This document shows, piece by piece, positions 60,579 to 64,000 of a stretch of DNA of 64,000 nucleotides. A model generated the notes under the pieces. The model saw nothing but the letters and a program-made list of their open reading frames with translations, ran no database searches and was not told where the DNA came from. Both the position numbers and the translations under genes were made by a program. Numbering within the stretch: position 1 is the first letter of the stretch; every line of letters starts with the position of its first letter. The DNA is taken from the NCBI RefSeq assembly GCF_000143415.4, contig NW_003314290.1:1478454-1542453 (forward strand), in the 5' to 3' direction. Source of the stretch: Selaginella moellendorffii. Lineage: Eukaryota > Plantae > Lycopodiophyta.

Positions 60579-63500
60579 TAAGTTGGCATAGCACTGCTGC
60601 TATACTTGTGTGTGTAAGAATTCGTAGAGCGTAGCTAAGTGTAGACCATCCATACGACACCCGATCAGCCAAGAACACATTCAAGGTTCCGGAAAGCGAT
60701 TGCTCCTCCAGGCCACAAAAAAAGATGCTTCCTCTCTTCCCTACTCTTCATCCAGCTCCAGAAATCTGTGAATTAAAAGACAAAGCGGACGGAAGCGCGG
60801 CCAGCAGCGGCGGAATGGATGGATTCATTCAACACGGATCCAGAAATGTTCACAAAATAAATGTAGAAACGAGAAAAGCACACAAAAACAACGCACAGAG
60901 ATGAATGCGTTTCGTGGTGTTCGTGCGTGCATGCACACATAGTCGCGTACGGATTGTCTGGGGCGCCCGTACGACGCTGACATAGCCCTAAAATCCGAGA
61001 GAAAGTACCCCACTCCACAGTGATGGTGTTTTTGTGGGGTCGTTGCTAACTGTCGCTGTTGAAATGAGTGCTGGCTGGCGAGCTCCCAGTTCACGGACCC
61101 TGGATCGTTTACTATAAGCTAGACTTTGTTTTTCTTTTCTATACTGCCACCTTTTACTGTGCTGCGATAGCGATCGATCGCTAGAGATGATACAAGATAC
61201 TTCATCTTGCGTATTCTCTCTCTCTCTCTCTCTCTGTGTTTCTCTGTGCGTGTGGTGGTTTTCAGTTGGGTGTCTTTCTCGCGAAGCAAACAACACCAGG
61301 GGCTATTTCCTCCAAATTCTGTCCTCTTGTGCATTGATTCGGAGAGTGATCCTACATATCCTTTTCCACGAGACAATGAAAGAAACAAAATAGAAAACAA
61401 GAGAAGATACATTGGATCCAAACAGACAACATGAGAGAAAGATAATCTTCAATCTCGGCCAATCTCCACCGTCGAGAACGTTTGGACCAATCGTACGGTA
61501 TAGATTAGGCTTTTTCCTTTCAACATACTAGCTCCTACATTCCTTTCTATGCCTATGTTGTAGAACCATGCAAGTATGTAGTTTTTATTGCTCCAATGGA
61601 CGTGACGTAGCATGAGCGTCATGGGAACAAGGAAAAGTTGGCGCAACTTTGTTGCGTACTTCACACGAGAAACGAAACAAGGCTAGTGTTTCCTTCTTCC
61701 TTTTTCTAAAACTTAAAAATTCCTTTTTTAAGATTTTGCGACAACTTTAGTTGCAAGGGGGATCTCTGCAGGAGATCTCATTGTCTCACTTTGAATCCTT
61801 CCGTTTTGTTTGTGTTCGTCAAAATCAAATGGATCAGCGATAGAATATTGCTTTAAGTCGCGGCTTCGCGTGTTGTTTTCCTCGAAAACTCTTGTCAATG
61901 TCACGAGCAGAACTCCTTTTCTAAAAGGACGAGCGACTTTGTCCCGCAACTGTACGTTTCAGCGGTAGGACGATTAAATCAACTATACTGCTTTTTAAGG
62001 TTAAGCTATAGATAAGCACGGAGGGAATCTTCAAAGTACTGATGATGCGTGAGCTCGTTTTTCTTTGGTGCATGAATGAAGCCACGAAGTCGAGCAAGCA
62101 AGCAGCAAGGGATACAGCTTATAAAACAAGAAATCGCCTCGATCCAAAAGACCGGGCTTGAAACATCCGAGATTCCGGTTGATTCGATCGATCCAGCCAG
62201 GAGGAGCCCCGCAAGAACGAGACACTACGTACAACATTGATCGCATAGAAAATGAGTTTCGATTCGTTACTGATATTAATCTTGTCTCATCGTGATCATT
62301 GCTTTGGGTTCTCGTGGATTGTATCAAACAACATGATAATCCCCAGGGCGACCTTTTCAAATTCAAAGCCAGCAAAAGATACGCTCAAACACCAATCTAG
62401 TAACATGTGCGGCCAGATAGTCTTTGTGTACAAACTGAGCAAAAACACTTAAAAAATGATTAGTTTAAAAGGATCATGACATGTTCCACCCCAACCAAGT
62501 CCCTCCTCCCCAAAGCCACTTTGTTTTCTTGTTTTCTAGCTTTAGGGCAGTGTGCATGCACGAGGCCGCCACCTTTTCGCACTTCCATGGGTCAAGATTT
62601 GTATACAATAGAGGAAGAAACTCCTTAACAGGAATGTGGACTGGAAGCTTGAACGAGAGAACCTCTCCGCCTTTATAAAGTTGACGCAGCACAAGCCCCA
62701 CCATTTTTGCGGTAAGTGCGAGGCGAGGGCATCTCAGGAATCCTCGAAAAAGAGAACACTGCAAGTCCAAAAGCGCTTACTTTTTTACCCCTTCAAACGA
62801 AGAATAATAACAATCACAAATGGAGGCTGATTAATAATAATACATGCTTCTGAGGTCTTTTGGCGCCCACCTGGAGGCATAAGACCACTTTGATTAAAAT
62901 CGACCATATGATGTTTCTAGAGCCGGTGCCCGAATATTCGCCATGGCCGGGTCAGTTTTTTGGTCACCAAAAGCGACAGTGCAAAAAATAAAAAAATTGG
63001 AGCGGTACGGAAGGCGTGCATTTACCGCGGACAACGACGGAGTTTAAACTTGAAATTTCATCTTGCAAGGTAAAATAATATGGATCAACTTGGTGATAAG
63101 TACTTCGGTACTTAGTAAAAGAGAAGGAGAGGGGCTTTTCTTCCGTCACGACACACACACACTTACACCCGCAGAGCTTCCAAGCATTGTCGGATTGGTT
63201 TTAGGGATCCGCGTTTTCTCGCGCAGGCCTCCCGTGATCTAGAGTCGCGATTCGCAAGGCGCGGATTTTCTCCTCCCCGGCGCCCTAGCGGATGCAGCGG
63301 ATTGGAGAGGAGGGGTGGGGGATGCGCGGCGCCAGCGCCGGCGGCTTAGATCACTCCAGCTCTAGCTCGGTGGGTGTTCTTCCTTTTCTATCGATCTCTC
63401 TCTCTCGCTCGCGCTCTCTCTGTTCTTTTGATGCTTTCTTGCTTGCATTCGGGTCGTGAATCTAAATGCTGGTTCCCCCAATTTGGTAGTGCTAGAGGAT

Positions 63501-63897
63501 GTGGATGCCTCTCGCAATTCCGGGAAAAGCCCCAAATCTTGGAGCGAGTGTGAGTGTGAGAGAGTAGTTGCGTATAGGAAAGTGTGAAAGATTATAGAGC
63601 TTTCCTCGCTCGTCTAGTCCTCCTTGCCACATTCTAGAAAGATTTCTAGCTTGCTAGCATGCAAGCGATCTGGTGTGAGATGTGAAAGCAAAAAAAAAAA
63701 AAAAGTGAGAGAGCTATTTTTATTTTTTCCTTTTCATTTTTATTCAACAGGTTGTGGTCATTTTAATTTGTCTTTCTTTTTTTTTAAAAAAAGTTTTATT
63801 GTGTTGGTTTTACTGACATGATGAAGATCCATTTGGTTGTTACAGACGTGAAGAGCCAAGAGAATCCATTTCCAGAGGAAGGAAGAAACAAGAGGCA

Positions 63898-64000
63898 ATG
63901 GACGAAGAATCGTCAAAGCAGTTCTCGTTGGATTTGAGCTTGAGAACAGGCGACTCGGACGGAGCAATGGCATCGACAGTAACAGTGTTTAGGAGGAGCA
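63898..64000 (+). CDS. Possible 5' end of a gene with an N-terminal EAR-like motif (LDLSL); runs off the window
   Basis: GCAATGG start context and open frame MDEESSKQFSLDLSLRTGDSDGAMASTVTVFRRS, preceded by a GC/CT-rich leader and a pyrimidine-rich intron-like stretch ending TTACAG near 63845. Confidence 0.4.
   Translation, partial: MDEESSKQFSLDLSLRTGDSDGAMASTVTVFRRS

Overview
Eukaryotic plant nuclear DNA with very compact genes and introns of about 50-100 bp. Intronless PLS/SS-type PPR genes and a Tcn1-like chromovirus point to a lycophyte, most likely Selaginella (inference). The left gene block (all minus strand) holds a subtilase, N-acetylglutamate synthase, a double-Tudor-like protein, chloroplast NADP-malate dehydrogenase and two PPR genes that overlap in a TAATG stop/start. 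About 13.1-35.3 kb is an AT-rich transposon island. A 16.2-kb LTR element (17603-33830, TSD AGAGT, no recognisable pol, a ~510-bp inversion across its LTR/PBS) hosts a decayed Ty3/gypsy chromovirus (23338-29487, TSD CTCAC) whose PBS is complementary to its own LTR, as in Tf1 self-priming. Two Cassandra-like TRIMs with 5S rRNA promoter sequence in their LTRs sit at 26631-27221 and 30566-30983, and older copies form a fold-back at about 14.6-14.9 kb. An extremely AT-rich ORF with a bulb-type lectin domain closes the island. The right block holds a PLS PPR, a SAP/HeH-like protein, an unusual SKP1/Elongin-C + F-box/Elongin-A-like + LRR fusion, two tandem FRO ferric reductases, a MATE transporter and an O-fucosyltransferase-like gene. 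After about 9 kb without recognisable genes, the 5' end of a possible EAR-motif gene starts at the window edge. Exon boundaries were read by eye; CDS coordinates give the outer span from start to stop.
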